Shown piece after piece: positions 13,126 through 24,853 of a stretch of 64,000 nucleotides of DNA (position 1 is its first letter; each line of letters opens with the position of its first letter). The notes under the pieces were generated by a model. That model had not been told where the DNA came from, ran no database searches, and saw nothing but the letters and a program-made list of their open reading frames with translations. This DNA is from Hyphochytrium catenoides. Taxonomy: Eukaryota; Protista; Hyphochytriomycota. The stretch is from assembly GCA_900088475.1 (NCBI GenBank), contig FLMG01003947.1, positions 151,151-215,150 on the forward strand, in the 5' to 3' direction. Both the position numbers and the translations under genes were made by a program.

Positions 13126-14658
13126 ATGCCCCCTCACGGAGAGAAATCCTGGTGGGAGATCGGAGCCAAGCCCAGCCAAGTGAACGATGAAGGTGCCGAG
13201 GAGTTCCGCAGGCGGTGGCCCAAGACATGTGTCATCCCAGGCTTCAAGGAGAAGCAAAAGATGTCCATTGTGTACACCTGGGTCAACGGAAGTGAGCCAA
13301 CTTATCAGCAAAGCCGCGTAAAGCATGGAGGAGAAGTCGGAGGGTCAAGAGACAGAGACATTGGAGAGCTCAGATACTCCCTCCGTGCCCTGTACAAGTA
13401 TGCCAGCTGGATTGATGGCGATATCTTCATTGTTACTCCTCACGGTCAGAAGCCTAACTGGATGAACGCGGAGCATCCAAGAATCAAGTTCATTGACCAA
13501 GACTCTATCTTCCCAGACTATGCCAAGCCTTATCTTCCTACCTTCAACACCCACGTCCTAGAGCAGTTCCTCTACCGCATTCCCGGCCTCTCCGAGACGT
13601 TTTTGCACTTTAACGATGACTACATGCTCACTTCTGAGCTCACACCCCACGATCTCTTCACTTGCCAAGGGGCCTTGCGCTTCTACACTGACCCAGAGAT
13701 TATTCCCCACAGAGAGTTTGACGAGAACGATAAGGTGTGGTTTAGCTCTGTCATTCACACCCAGTACCTCCTCAGCCAGAAATATGGGGAAAAGACGCGC
13801 AAATGCCTCAAGCATGGTCCATTCCTTTACAACCGGAAAGCCCTCGACATGCTACAGGAGCTATGGAAGCCTGAGCTACAGCTTACTCTGCAGTCTCGCT
13901 TCAGAGAGCAGTCCAATATCAACCTCCCTCTCCTCTACGTCTATTTCATGGTAGAACAGAGCAAGAAGTACGCTCAGATCCCGAACGCTACATTTGCCAC
14001 TGTTAGAGAGGGCGAGCAATTCATTCTCTACAAGCTTCGGGACAATCGCACTATGCAGATGGATCGTTTCTTTGAGAACATCCTGGTTAAGCGGTTGAAT
14101 CCCAAGCTCGTGGCTCTGAACGACGACTACTCAGACCCTTCAGTTGCCGATCAAGTGCTGTCTTTCCTTAACGTCTACTTCCCTGAGAGGTCACCTTATG
14201 AGCTGGGATATACTGCTCCTACTGTTGCACCACCCAGACTCCCAGCCTTCCAGGACTCTGTCTCCATGATGTGGATGTCGGAAGAGGACCTTGCTGGAAA
14301 CGGCTCACCACACGCTCCTGCTTTCCAAACCAGAGACATCAACAACTGGTCTTACAACGCTGTCTGGGTTCTCTCTCTATTCTTTATCGTCCAAACATTC
14401 ATCGTGGTAACCCTTCTCTACAGAATGGCACAGGGAGGTACCCCCAGACGTAAGACCTACCAATCTGTAAACCCCATCTGTCCGTTCGACATTCCTGAGC
14501 CAGAGTTTGACCGACCACGCTCCCTGGTGGGCAGAGTAAGAGCTCTGCTACTGAGTATTGTCAGCTCTGTCAGCGGCAGGAGCAGCGCAAGCTCCGGCCA
14601 GTACCAGGGGAAGGATAAGCTCGATGATGAGGCAGGAATCAACGGTGTGGCAGCATAG
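13126..14658 (+). CDS. Stealth-family hexose-1-phosphate transferase (GNPTAB/CpsY-like) with a C-terminal TM helix; true 5' end uncertain
   Basis: CR1 IVYTWVNGSEP; CR2 ELRYSLRAL...LPTFNTHVLE...RIPGLSETFLHFNDD; CR3 HGP...SRFR; CR4 ALNDD; TM AVWVLSLFFIVQTFIVVTLLY. Confidence 0.92.
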   Translation: MPPHGEKSWWEIGAKPSQVNDEGAEEFRRRWPKTCVIPGFKEKQKMSIVYTWVNGSEPTYQQSRVKHGGEVGGSRDRDIGELRYSLRALYKYASWIDGDIFIVTPHGQKPNWMNAEHPRIKFIDQDSIFPDYAKPYLPTFNTHVLEQFLYRIPGLSETFLHFNDDYMLTSELTPHDLFTCQGALRFYTDPEIIPHREFDENDKVWFSSVIHTQYLLSQKYGEKTRKCLKHGPFLYNRKALDMLQELWKPELQLTLQSRFREQSNINLPLLYVYFMVEQSKKYAQIPNATFATVREGEQFILYKLRDNRTMQMDRFFENILVKRLNPKLVALNDDYSDPSVADQVLSFLNVYFPERSPYELGYTAPTVAPPRLPAFQDSVSMMWMSEEDLAGNGSPHAPAFQTRDINNWSYNAVWVLSLFFIVQTFIVVTLLYRMAQGGTPRRKTYQSVNPICPFDIPEPEFDRPRSLVGRVRALLLSIVSSVSGRSSASSGQYQGKDKLDDEAGINGVAA

Positions 14659-15988
14659 AAATGAAAGCCTGCGCCGGAAGGCAGGATAGAGCCCCTGAGA
14701 GTGGGCAGCTGATCAATATTTATCATCACTTGCTATCGACTTTTGTCTGTTACATTAATTATAAGCTACGATGTAGTCCCTTATAAATGAATTCCACGGG
14801 TTGTTTTTCTCAGTCACCGCCGTACGTTCACCCCTCTCTTGCGTCCACCGGGACAGATTAGCTGCTGAGGGTCTGGGGATGCGAAGAAGATGACATTACT
14901 CTACCAGCCAGCCGTGCATCAAAAAGTGGAAGATGAAGAAGAAAGAGCTCAGTGTCTGTATGGGTATGGGCCCTGTTGGCCTCCTCTTCTGTCTCCTGTT
15001 CCTAGCGCACTCTCTCCATCACCTTTGATAGGAACTATAACTTTGGCTTCTTCTCCTGCCCAGCTTTAGCCACTCTTGAGAACCCTCTCCCTGTCCATTT
15101 AGTACGCGGTGGCAATGGACAAGGGCTCTGATCTTGCGCTGGTCCTGGTCTCTAGAAGGGAGAAGAGGTCCAAGACTAACGCGCTGCTTGGTGGTTGAGG
15201 AACTGTGGCCTTTGATAACTGGCCGTTAGCGGTATAGGCGTTGTGGAAGATGATGCAGCTAAATCTGATCATATGCCTCCATGCCAATTGCTTTTATGTT
15301 CAAGGAATGTAAGACACCCGGTAATACGCCGCAGCGAAGTTAACCCCTCTATCTGCGTTTGTCATCTCTGTTGTCCCTCTCACTCTGTCTCTCCTGTACT
15401 CTGTCTCTTCTCCTTTTTTCACTCTCTCTCTGTACCCTCTTTATGGGGTACCGGCTCTCTGGCTCTGTCTGTCTGCTGTGATATCTCTTCATTGCTCTGG
15501 TTCACTCTTTATCTTCCTGCTGGTTGGTGCCGCACTCTCTCCTCTTCCCATCAGAGACTCAGAAGCCAGGAGTTGACGTCCTTTCCCTCTGCCTCTCAAG
15601 GATCCCGATTCCTTGCCCCATCGCGCTTCCTCATAAAGGACTGGGACACCACCGTGATGAAGAGCTGTGGAAGGTGGCGATGGAGAGAGAGAGAGAGAGC
15701 GAGAAGAAAGGAAAAGCAAACACGAGTGGCCAAGAACTTCTGGATGACAAGTCCAATGAGGTAGGGTGCCTTGAGGGATACCTCGGAAGACGTGAAAGTT
15801 TAGAAAGTAGGCTAGGGATAGAAGAGAAGCGCTTCCTGAGCAGTGCTTCTCACAAGTAAAAGTAAGCCGTAGCCATGACGCCTCCCGACTCGCTGAACAG
15901 CCAAGGGCGCCAACCTGACGGGAGCCATAGACAGCGGACCACAAGTGCTGCTCTCTTCTCAACTCCACCGCGCAGCCGTTACCAGGAG

Positions 15989-18972
15989 ATGGCGCCAGAG
16001 CTTGAAAGAGAAAAGCAGAGTCTCGTAAGTCAGGACACCGCGTCGGAAGAAGAGACTAAGCGGCAGAGCTGCGCGGTGCAACAGCAACGAGAGAGGCAGG
16101 CAAGTGGAGCTATGGAGACGGTGTTCCACTCAGACGTGGCGATCCATATTTTTGTTTTTGTATGCACTTTGGGTGGCGTCCAGCGATTGGCCTCTGTCTC
16201 CAAGCATTTGAACGCCATCGCGAAGCGGATCTTTCTCCTGCATATTGAGGGCTTTAGAGAGAATCAGAAGACGCTATGGTAGTCCTCTCTCCCTTCTCTT
16301 GTCTCTGGAAAGCTGTACCTATATCTCTGCACCCTATCTCCTGCTCTTTTCGTCTTTGTGTCGCTGCTCTGGCGCTGATGCTGTCCTTTGGTCTATAGGA
16401 TGTTCCTCCTCTACCACCTTACTCGTACTAGGACGACTTCACGACGACTTTTGCTCTCTCATACACGACATTCTGCTTAACCTTCGTGTTGATAACTGCT
16501 GCCTACCTGTGCCGGCGCCGCTCTAAGATTTGACTGACCTAGGCCGGAAATATTGTCCCTGATCAGGAACCGCTGGGCAAATGTTAGAACCCTGCAGCTC
16601 AGGTACCGGTTCTTATCTCCCTTACTCTTGACACTGTTAGCCCAAGATTTTTAGTTTGACACTCTAGCGAGTGGCTTTCTTCTCCCTAGACAGGAGCGAA
16701 AACCGTGCCTCTGATGACGCCTTCTGTCAGTCCGAGTAACCCTCTGCAACATGTAGAAACTGCACCATGAAGTCATGGAGTTGGATTCGTTCTCTGCATG
16801 ACCAGCTGCCCTCGCCCTCTGGCTCCGAAAAGACCAAGAAGTCAGAGGCCCCTCGACTCACTGTGTCTAAGTCCTACGGCTTAAAGCTACATCTGACCAT
16901 TGATGAGATGTGTCAATACAAATGGTAAGAAGAAGGATCCGGAGCTATATTCCTAGGGAGGTTGAGGGAAGAGAGGGACAGCAGCAGACAACAGGACCGA
17001 GACTATGCTTTCACGGCATAAGAGTTGTACTGATCACTTCTCTCCCCCAGCCTTGCGCTGTGCGACGCGTTGGAGATCAATGTGCTGAATGACAAGGATG
17101 CACAGAAGGCGAATCTGAAGATAGAGGATGACAACTCACTGCCTCCTTTACCATCGTTGCCGTCAAGACAGAGTTTGAAGACCGGGTCACTCTCTGCCCT
17201 TCAGTTCTTGGTACTGACCAACAGCCACATTACCAATGTCTCCTGGCTGACGACAGCCACTTTCACTAGCGCTGCGCCATTTCTTAAAGCATTGTTTCTT
17301 GGCGGCATCGCATGCGGTTCTACCTTTGAGGACGAAGACGAAGCCGTGGCGCCTGCACTCCTCGCGAAAAGATCGCCTCTTGTCGTAGAGTTGACATTTC
17401 TTTCTCCGCGCTTGCGCTCGCGCTTGAGCAGACAATTAGTCGGTTCATATGTCTTGGACTTTATCACCTTGAATGCAGAAGACAGAGAGAAGCTCGAAGC
17501 ATGTGCTGGAGAGGAACAGGATACAGGTGAGTCTGCCTAGTGTACTGCTGGACTGGAATGCAGTCTTCGACGAACTCACTTGTTCTGTTTGTTAGACTTG
17601 AACAACGCTTTGTTTTCTTCTCCTTCTCCGCACTGTTCGTGGTCCTCGTTTATCTATCCTCACATATGCATCTGTTTCCAAACCTCACTCAACGCGTACG
17701 TAGCCCTCCATTCCAGTTTGTCGCAAGCGCTGAACTGCAAGAATGGTAGGCGAGCATCTCTCTTATTTCCACTGCATCTCTCTTATTTCCACTGCATCTC
17801 TTCTTGACTTACTCTCTTATTTTTCAATTGGTTTGATGTCTTAGATTACCAGCAGACACCATTGCATGTTGCGGTTTACACGGGAGATTACAAGCTTCTC
17901 TCATGGCTTATACGCTCTGGAGCGCCGATCAATGCAAAAGATAAGAGAGGCTGCACTCCTCTATTCCGCGCCTCAGAGCGAGGAGACGCTGAAGCTGTTC
18001 GTTGTCTTCTCTCTTCCAACGCCTTGATTCTGATCAAGAACCAAAACCTGGAAGGTCCGCTTTATCTCGCTTCCCTGAAGGGCCACTACGAAGTCGTCAA
18101 GCTTCTCCTTGAGGGAGAGAAGAGGATATTGGGAGAGCGCTTTTCACAGGCTATCCTTTCCCTGTACTCGCGGGAGAAAGTGACCGAGCAATTGACTCCC
18201 CCAGTCGTGGTTAGCCATCAGCGTGCAGAACGGAGCCACTCCTTGTACGGTTCTTCTGGGCAAATGCCACGAGTTCCACCCGGCAGAAAGGATAAAAGCA
18301 ATCGAGGTTCAATGCTGTCTGCCAAGGCTCCTCCCTTCATCCCTTCCTCTATTAAAACCAAGGAAGATGCTATCAAGTGCGATGACCTTAGTATAAGGTG
18401 GTCCTTTGACAGACCTGTTAATCTATTTGAAGACCAAAAGCTCGTACGGACTTTCGTTGACTCGGCACGGTCGGACTTCTATACCAGTAGAAGCGGCGAT
18501 GGCTTCAATCCCTTGCATGCGGCTTGCATCAATGGGTGCCTCGCCATTGTTAAGCTACTGGTAGAAGAGGGAGGCTACGACTTGAACTGTAAGAATAAGT
18601 ACGGACAGACGCCATTGCATCTGGTAGGTTGCTTCCCTATTCTTTGGCGTAAGAATGACCTTACGGCACATTGTCACTTTGTCTTTCTCTACTAACATGG
18701 TACAATCTATCTCCCTGGACGGTATAGGCGGTCCGCTTTGGGCACTTCAAGGTGGTGCAGTGGCTCTTAGAGAAAGGAGTCAACTATCGCTTACCGGATT
18801 ATGAGGGCAAATCCGTTCTGGTACGTGCTAAGAAGCTCCGCGCGTACGGCAACTTTTGATGAACAACTACTGCCATAATGCTCACATGGTGCTATCTCCA
18901 TTCTAGGAAGTGGCCCACAGATCGCGGAACCTTCAAGTCACCCTTTTGTTACAGAGATTTGGAGCTGCGTAA
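15989..18972 (+). CDS. Multi-exon ankyrin-repeat protein with an N-terminal F-box-like segment and a possible LRR-like middle
   Basis: Ankyrin repeats QTPLHVAV..., GCTPLFRAS, EGPLYLAS, GFNPLHAAC and GQTPLHL|AVRFGH across GT-AG introns. The last exon 18907-18972 reads EVAHRSRNLQVTLLLQRFGAA*. F-box-like HSDVAIHIFVFV...LASVSKHLNAIA. Joining of the N- and C-terminal parts is inferred. Confidence 0.75.
17754..17800. repeat. 20-bp tandem repeat (tcttatttccactgcatctc x2.3) in an intron
   Basis: Directly visible. Confidence 0.9.
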
Positions 18973-19122
18973 GGGCTTACCAGTGGCTGCTAAAGAGCTT
19001 TCTGGAGCTGATTTATTGCTGAGGCAAGTGGCTGCTCATCAAACTTTAGGAGCTGCGTGGGTGCTTCCCAGTGGCTGATAACGAGCTTTCTGGACTTGGT
19101 CTATTGCTGAGGCAAGTGGCTG
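18961..19122. repeat. Imperfect 88-bp tandem duplication
   Basis: ggagctgcgt occurs at 18961 and 19049; tattgctgaggcaagtggctg occurs at 19014 and 19102. Confidence 0.85.
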
Positions 19123-19827
19123 GTACGCTGGCTTTTTGGGGTTGTTGAGGGGGAAAAACCCGTAGGAAGGTGCAAGAGGCATTAAAGAGCCAAGTTCGGT
19201 GGTTGAAGCGTGGCGTTGCGGCTTTGGAAGCTCAAAGCTGATAGCTATCGGTATGCCTACCCTGTCAAAGGTCTCTACCACTTTGATAGCACATGCAACC
19301 AAAACTCCCCAGTAGAGAAGAATGGAGCTCACCAAGTCCCTGCTTTTCTTTGGTGCACGCCCATAAATGTTACACCTAAGCCAACTCCAGAACAGCTTTT
19401 TAGTCACGGAGTTGACTTCTCGGTCTCAGGTATCAACATTGCCGGGGAACAGCTCGGACGGCCTGTCTGGGTGTCGTTCGCGCCGTTAAGGAGTCGCTTC
19501 AGCGCAAAAGAGTGGATCTCAAGCACAATGGCACCTTGAAGCTAGAGCATCCTTTATCGCAAGCCAGTATAAACTTTGTCTCACCCCAAGTTCCCTTGAC
19601 GCTGAGGAGACGATATCGCGCTTTCAAGCCCTACAAGTATACTCCGGAGCGCGAAACAGGAAGAAGGGATAACCTCCTTTATGTGTAAAAGGAACTGAAG
19701 TAATAACAGACATCATCGTCCGGATAGACATTCAGTTAAATCTTCTCTAACGCTAGTCTCAAAATTTATTCCCTCTCATGGATGGGTACATGATGGGTGC
19801 AGGAATGGGTGCTTTGGAGGCTGACTA

Positions 19828-21874
19828 TCAGCAGCCGTAGTTATATTGCTCATCTAACACAACGGAGCCATTTGCGGCCTCGACGATCCTTCTGAGGCAT
19901 TCCTTGTCTCCGGACAGCTTCAGCTCCAATTCCTGGACAGCATTCCCCCCTCTTGTGGTGTCAAGAAAACCTTCCCCTTCTTGAGAGATCTTCAATGCCT
20001 TATTGAGTAGTCCTCTGTGGGAGTACATTCCCATTAACAGCGATGCGGGCCCATCCCCATAGAAAGATCTCTCAAACGCATGGTCAATGCGGGCGTCGAT
20101 CCGATAGGCACCCGCCGGAGCAGCGTAGGCTGTATAGTTGAAGTACCCACTAATCGGATAGTCCTCCTTCACTGTCAAGGTTGAGACCTTGTACCCTTCG
20201 GTGACGGTAAAGACACTCGACACAGACGTCCGCGCAGAGAAGGTGAAGGTATCGGTGTTGTTTCTGAATGTCTGGCTGTTCACATAACTACTGTGCTGCT
20301 CAATGCCGTACACTTTCTCGCCCTTGGACGTTTTCACTCTGCTTCGTATGGAGAACTCTCTCTGCGCCTTGGTGGTGAAGTCGCCGTCCGTTCCTGGAGT
20401 AGAATCAATAGGGTCAGCCTTGACTTAAGTGGTGATAATATTAGAGCTTCATCTCCAGGCTGTACGGCAAGAGAACATGCCACTCACCATTCACTTCTCC
20501 ATCAAGCTCTGGAGTGACCTTGGGCAGCATAGAGATTGATAGAATCTCTGCCTCTGTCTGTTCCCCTTGCTGGTCAAGCCAAGCAAGAATGCTTCCATCC
20601 AGAGGCCAAAAATCTAAGCCGTTGTCGACTGCAAGAGAGAACTCATGGGGCTTTCCATCCAAAAGAAGAGGAAGGAACGGTGTAAGGTTGATGAGGTACG
20701 TGGGAGCCTCAAAGGCTCCAATCGCAACCACCGGCCGCCATAAATAAGGGTTGAAGCCTCCAGTGAAGATGATCGGGAAGGGCCAGACCGTCCCCACAAG
20801 TTGCCCGTCAATGAGGAGCTGGACCTCTTTGAAAGGGCCATTATTGCACTTGTTGCCGACTGTCTGCCCAAACTCCGTGGGAGGATTGGTGTACCTATAA
20901 TTCGAGCAATCCATACAGGGGCAAGAGTGTGAGTGTGGACCTCAAGTAAGGAGAGCTGCACGGAGAAAGAGCTCAAAGAGACAAGTTATATGGAGAGAGA
21001 GAGAGGGACGGCGAAGCGAGAGAGTAGAACCGCAAAGAGGATCACCACTGCTCAGGCCAGCAAATCAACTTAAGCGGCAGCAGACGGGAAGGTATTAACG
21101 TCATACAACGGCGCCTTACCAAAACTCGTCACATTGGTGATGGCTCAGCGATAACTCAAAGACCAACTCCTCCACATTACGCGGCAGAGTCACATTTATG
21201 GCCGGTTTGGGCTTCGAGGGTTCCACGAAGAACCAGCCATACGTACTTGTGGATGCTGAGAAAGGGACGATGAGGTCGGGAGAGGTTGCCCAGCGTTCAA
21301 CTTCCGTCCTACTACTAGCTGGCTTATAGAACTCAAGATCTAGGAGGATGGTGAAGCTGGTCGTGTAGACATCATTCACAACGTTGTCCAACGAAATCAC
21401 GACGCTTCCGCCAGGCTTTAGAACCTTATAGTACATCGTCACATCCTTGACCACCTCCCATTCAACGCCAGAGAGGCGACTAGGCTCTTGAGTAGAGGTT
21501 CTAAGGAGTTCCACTCCGTTTACCCAGGCAGCCGCAATGCGGTCAAACTGCCTACCAGCAGGCGTACTGCCTCGCCATCTCAACCTAACCATCGTGTGGT
21601 CGTCAGGACAGTTTGGTGTGAATGTTCCCACATAGGGTTGCCCATAGGAGGAGCCGAAGGTATGAGTGGCGAGGCGAACAGTGCAAGGAGAGCCCTCAAT
21701 GTTTGCGGGCAGGGGCGGAATGACTTCGATCGATTCGGGGTAAGTGGTAGCAGGAGCCCGAGGTAAGGAGCTTTGTGTCGTAAAGGCAACATCCCCGAGT
21801 TCTCCCTTTGGCCCTAGCTGCGCTGCAAAGAGAGTTATTGCAGGTTTCAGGAGCTGCATCAACCGCGCCGCCAT
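19828..21874 (-). CDS. Peptide-N4-(N-acetyl-beta-glucosaminyl)asparagine amidase A (PNGase A family), 3 exons
   Basis: HTFGSSYGQP, GRQFDRI...VELLRTSTQEP, HHQCDEFW|Y, GPFKEVQLLIDG...WPFPIIFTGGFNPYLWRPVVAIGAF and INLTPFLPLLLDGKPH. Confidence 0.93.
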
Positions 21875-24240
21875 TGTGCCTTCTTCCGAGGAGCAGCCGC
21901 TTGCACGACACTATCTGCGCGGTATAAAGGATGCTAGCTACGCTCAGAGCACCGATGTCGCCAGGCAAATCTTTTACTGAGAGCTTCCCCTCTCCGACGG
22001 AGTGCTCGGACAGCTAAGTCGACAACGCCGTCAGGACGCCTGAGGGTACGCAGACTCACTGCACCACAGGGCACAGGGCCGACCTGACAAGGACCAACGC
22101 CAAAAATCAACAATAATAAGAGTCTCAGCGCCAGCAGAGAAACTCCATCTGGACCACTGTCCTATCAAGATACAACAGAACCAATTCTGCCTTTCTGAAG
22201 CTTTTCCTATTGTTAACAGGTAATCTGGACCTGATGCCCTTCTATCACTGCTGCTCATGATGACAAGATCGGCCAGACTAAGAAGACCGAGGACCGCTCA
22301 TTGGCTGGAGCAAACCTAAGAATCCTAAACTTTATTCCTGTTTATATGGCTGCACTTTGATATGCTGGCAGGACAGGCCTAAATTGTTTAGCGGTAACTA
22401 GGACGTACTAGAGTCTCAACGCCTAAATGTAGGTTTTATCTAGACTCGTTTGCATTTATTCTGTCCATTATATCAAGGTTCTAAATTCCGAGCCCTCTAC
22501 TCTCCCTAAGCCTGGGCTATTTACAGCGTAATTGACTCTGATTGCCAGTCCTTTTTGTTCTGAGGCTTGACTATGGTCTTGAGGTTTTACAGGTCCAATC
22601 ATCAGTGACAAGCTGCAGCAGCAAAAGCTTGTGGCTTTCAATTATTCGGCTGCTATGGAGTTTCTGGAGTTCTCTTCCCGTCAGGAGCGGACTTTGCCAG
22701 CAGTGCGTTGGGCTGACAGGGCAGGGCTGGGCTGGCTGTCAATCGGTATCAAGCTAGGATAGTCCGTACAGCACTCGTCGAGCCAGAGAGCATGCATGCG
22801 ATACTTCGTAAAGGTACCTGCCTTGCTGCTGTCTGCCAGCTTGATCTTCACCGTCCTATTGGCCTCTTTAAACTCTGCCTTTCACTTCTATAGTTTCACC
22901 GCACCGGAGTCTCACTTTAGGAAAGCCCCAATTCGTAAGTCTGCGTTTGGACTGGGAGACCTTGTTCGGGCGCTTGGGAGTAAAAGACGTCTGATCTGGC
23001 TTGCGGTAACTGCAGACCCACTGCGGCATTCATTCCCAGCTTCATATGCCGCTGACAGGAGTACATGATGCTCGCCTGAGCTCTGCCGGCCAACAGAAGT
23101 ACTGATCATACGTGACTGCAGCCGTCACAAGTACTGCGTGCTCTATGTTACAGCACTGTAAATTATATACCACCATTAGCACTCGCCTCTGACGCTCGTC
23201 TAGTAGTTACTACTTCAAGTTAGGCCAGTTGATGAAGTTCTTCTTCCACGTCGGCACACGCCCCTCACGAGACGTGCAGCTCTGCATCGTCATCGAATGC
23301 TCAGTCATCTCTCTTGTCTCTTGGATGGGATACAAGGTCATGACTAACATTTGATAAAGGAGACGGGACAGATGCTAGGATCGTGTTTTCCATAGTAAGG
23401 GCGATAGTTGTCATGGGCGTGAACTGAGCTGAAGGCAGCGAGTCAGCTCATGAGCTCACAACGAGACAGAATCAAGAAGATGATGGAAGGCTAGTCCTGT
23501 TGATAGATCCAGTCCATCTCTTCTTCTCCCTGCGTGACTGCGCAGCTCAAGTGGATGCTCTTGGGAACGCAGATTGAGACTCACGTCACTGACAAAGAGT
23601 GGGGAACATTCCTGAATATGATGAAGGTTTCAAGAGAACTATGTGTACTCTCTATATAAAGGAGTAAATATATCTTCAAACGAAACCTTTAACTTCAGGA
23701 AACATTGGTCTCTAAGGTTGTACGACGTATGTATAAGAGAAGGTTTTGGTTGATTGTAAGACTCTTTCTTCTTCCTCGGTCCAAAGCGCTCAAGGATCTT
23801 TCTCCTCTTCTCTCCTCCATCCTGTGAAGAGCAACAGCAGCAGCAGCAGCAGCGGCAGCCACGAGAAGGACAACCGTCTATCGACTCGCCTTATAGAATA
23901 GACTGCGTCTTTCTTCTTCTCCTTGCGGCGCGGAGCAGAACAGTCCAGTAAACTTGTAAGAAGCAGTCGCTGATTCAGTAACTCTGGCCTTGGCATGATC
24001 TCACAGTCTCCCGACAGAGAGCTGTCTAGCTGAAGGCTCTCGCTCCGACGGTGACTCCATCGGGTTTTTGACCTCCTATCTTATGTAGGGAGAGACCCTA
24101 CCATTGTAGCTTAGCTCAGGCCATTCTCTCCATCGCTTGTCCATTTGGAGTGATTCACTAGAGCTAGGGTCACTCCTAAGGAGGCCTCCCGCTTCTTGTT
24201 GTTCAACTAGTGGACTCCTTCGTAGGGTCCTGGCTGCGCT

Positions 24241-24728
24241 ATGACCTATAACTGGCACAAGAAGTATGGCTGGCGACATGCCGCCAGAGAATGGAAGATC
24301 TTAGGAGGAGTTTTTGTCTTCTCCGCCGCCCTTCGCTACCTCCTGTACACAAAGGTAGGATATGCAATAATTTGCTTCTTTTAAGGCAGACGCTGTCGGC
24401 GCTGACCTTGAGATCTTGACTTGCGCCAGTCCAAAGAGAGTCTTGAGCGCAATTTGGAGAAGACGCACCGCGAAGCCTCGGAGGTAGGGTCTAACCTCAG
24501 TCAAGATTTCTCGCAACACCTGCTACCCCTTCAGTTGCTCTCATATGGCCCCCTAGCTATATTCTCTGCTGACAGCACGCAGTGGAATGATACTCTTCTA
24601 CCTCACAAATACAGGCTTATAGGGCCTCCAGAGAGGGCGCTCATCGGAGACACGAAGAGTACATGCGACGGTTAAGGGAGCTGGAGGAACAAGATAGACG
24701 AAGCGCTGCGGAAGAGAGGAGAGTTTAG
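24241..24728 (+). CDS. Small spliced single-TM protein (93 aa), function unknown
   Basis: Exons 24241-24354, 24430-24483 and 24615-24728, with canonical GT-AG introns all in phase 0. Translation: MTYNWHKKYGWRHAAREWKILGGVFVFSAALRYLLYTK|SKESLERNLEKTHREASE|AYRASREGAHRRHEEYMRRLRELEEQDRRSAAEERRV*. Confidence 0.75.
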
Positions 24729-24853
24729 TCGTTGCTAATCATAAGGACTTTAGACGAGGACGGGATAGAGAGAAACAGAGACAGAGACTGCAGTCAGCCA
24801 TCAAAGTCTCATTAGTGATTAAAGAAGTGAAGAACAGGTCTTCCTATTCATGT

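Noticed and set aside
15190-15860. Ion-channel pore-like fragment (GTVAFDNWPLAV*ALWKMMQL)
   Set aside because: Too short and stop-ridden to support a call.
13126-21874. Glycan-processing gene cluster (Stealth plus PNGase A)
   Set aside because: The genes are separated by an unrelated gene and lie on opposite strands, with no evidence of co-regulation.
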